A program made the position numbers and the translations under genes. From the NCBI GenBank assembly GCA_965214405.1, contig OZ243956.1, positions 3,616,001 through 3,680,000 of the forward strand: 64,000 bases of DNA. Direction: 5' to 3'. This stretch comes from Trueperaceae bacterium (lineage in GTDB: Bacteria > Deinococcota > Deinococci > Deinococcales > Trueperaceae). The notes beneath the pieces are model-generated. The model was not told the origin of the DNA. It searched no databases and was given only the letters and a program-made list of their open reading frames with translations. Below, in pieces: positions 62,991 to 64,000 of this stretch; the stretch's first letter is position 1, and each line of letters starts with the position of its first letter.

Positions 62991-64000
62991 TTACCGGCAG
63001 GACTCGAGCGGCGCGGTGGCCCGCTCCGTCGGCCAGACGATCTCGCGTTCGCCGTTCTGGTACTGGAACACGAGCCAGATGGACTCGTCGAAGCCCTGGT
63101 GCTGGGTGATTTCAGACGGCCCGAACGACCATTCGCCCATCGGGGAGCGGAAGGCGCCGGTCTCGAGCGCCTCGATCACCGCCGCCTGGTCCGTCGTGCC
63201 CGCCGTGTTAATGGCGTCGGCGTAGGCCCAGAGCTGCGCGTAGGCGAGCGCGGCCATGTAGTTGTCGGGGTCCTCGCCGTACATCTCGCGGTAGCCTTCC
63301 GTAAAGGCCTGCGCCTCGGGCGTGGGCAGGTTGGGCAAGAAGCCGATAAGCCCCGCCACGCACTCCGCTTCCGGGGCGTCGCCAAACCCTGCGGGCCAGC
63401 CCGGAGGCGCGCCGAAGATGTATTCAGGGTTGGCGTTAAGCTCGCGCATCTGCGCGATCATCGGCACCACGTCCGAGTCGTAGCCGATCCAGTAGATCAT
63501 GCCGGGGTCCGTGGCGAGCGCCTTGGAGATGGCCGCGCGGAAGTCGCCGGTGCCGCCGAAAAGGGTCGAGGTGAAGGCCTCGTTGAGGGGCACGCTCAAG
63601 CCCTCTTCTTCGATAAGCGCCTGCGCGCCCGCCGCGCCGGGGCCGCCAAAGGCGGAGTCTTCGTGTAAAAGCGCCACCGAGTCGATGCCCGCTTGGGTGA
63701 TAAAGCCCGTGGCCGCCTCGACGTTGTGGTAGTCCCAGGGGTGGATGTGGAAGAACCAGGACTCTTCGCCCAGAAGCTCCTCGATGCCGTCAAAGCCCTC
63801 GATGCCGACGCCCGAGACCGCGCCGCCGATCCAGGTGACGACGGGCTGAAAGGTCCGGAACGACTCCACCAGGCCTAAGGTGACGCCGCTCGAGTACCCC
63901 CCGCCGATAAAGCCCACCTCGTCCTCGGTCATAAGTTTCTCAAAGGCGGCCAGGGCGGTGGCGGCGTCCGCCTGGGTGTCCTCGATGATGATTTCTAAGG
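62991..64000 (-). CDS. ABC substrate-binding protein (LivJ-like), 5'-truncated by the window edge
   Basis: Frame is open to the edge (LEIIIEDTQAD...), GGYSSG, EDSAFG, VWP C-terminus. Confidence 0.85.
   Translation of the reverse strand, partial: LEIIIEDTQADAATALAAFEKLMTEDEVGFIGGGYSSGVTLGLVESFRTFQPVVTWIGGAVSGVGIEGFDGIEELLGEESWFFHIHPWDYHNVEAATGFITQAGIDSVALLHEDSAFGGPGAAGAQALIEEEGLSVPLNEAFTSTLFGGTGDFRAAISKALATDPGMIYWIGYDSDVVPMIAQMRELNANPEYIFGAPPGWPAGFGDAPEAECVAGLIGFLPNLPTPEAQAFTEGYREMYGEDPDNYMAALAYAQLWAYADAINTAGTTDQAAVIEALETGAFRSPMGEWSFGPSEITQHQGFDESIWLVFQYQNGEREIVWPTERATAPLESCR

Overview
GC-rich bacterial chromosomal window, most likely Deinococcota (Truepera-like). The evidence is a DdrI-type CRP regulator, a DnaE with the Deinococcus-Thermus-type insertion, a TilS-TadA fusion and many apparently leaderless genes. 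Core genes: gyrB (interrupted by a 435-aa HNH intein), dnaE, deoB, tilS-tadA, trpE-trpG-(GT2)-trpD, trxA, ctpA, an ABC-F ATPase and a liv-type ABC operon cut off at the right edge. Accessory content: a hexuronate operon pairing uxaC and a UxuB-like SDR with a LarA-family nickel-pincer epimerase; a SARP/BTAD-AAA-TPR regulator with apparent operators upstream of ALDH and BBE-oxidase genes; a stress-type SRPBCC/ADH/SDR cluster; a VapBC-type TA pair; and several decayed genes. Non-coding signals: strong excess of the palindrome CTCGAG, a self-contained ~70-nt hairpin sRNA candidate with a C-rich loop, a structured uORF leader before a RIO1 kinase, twin 25-bp operators before an Fe(III)-binding protein gene, and heptamer-phased intergenic hairpins. 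No rRNA, tRNA, CRISPR array or transposase was seen. All family assignments come from motif recognition by eye, not from database searches.
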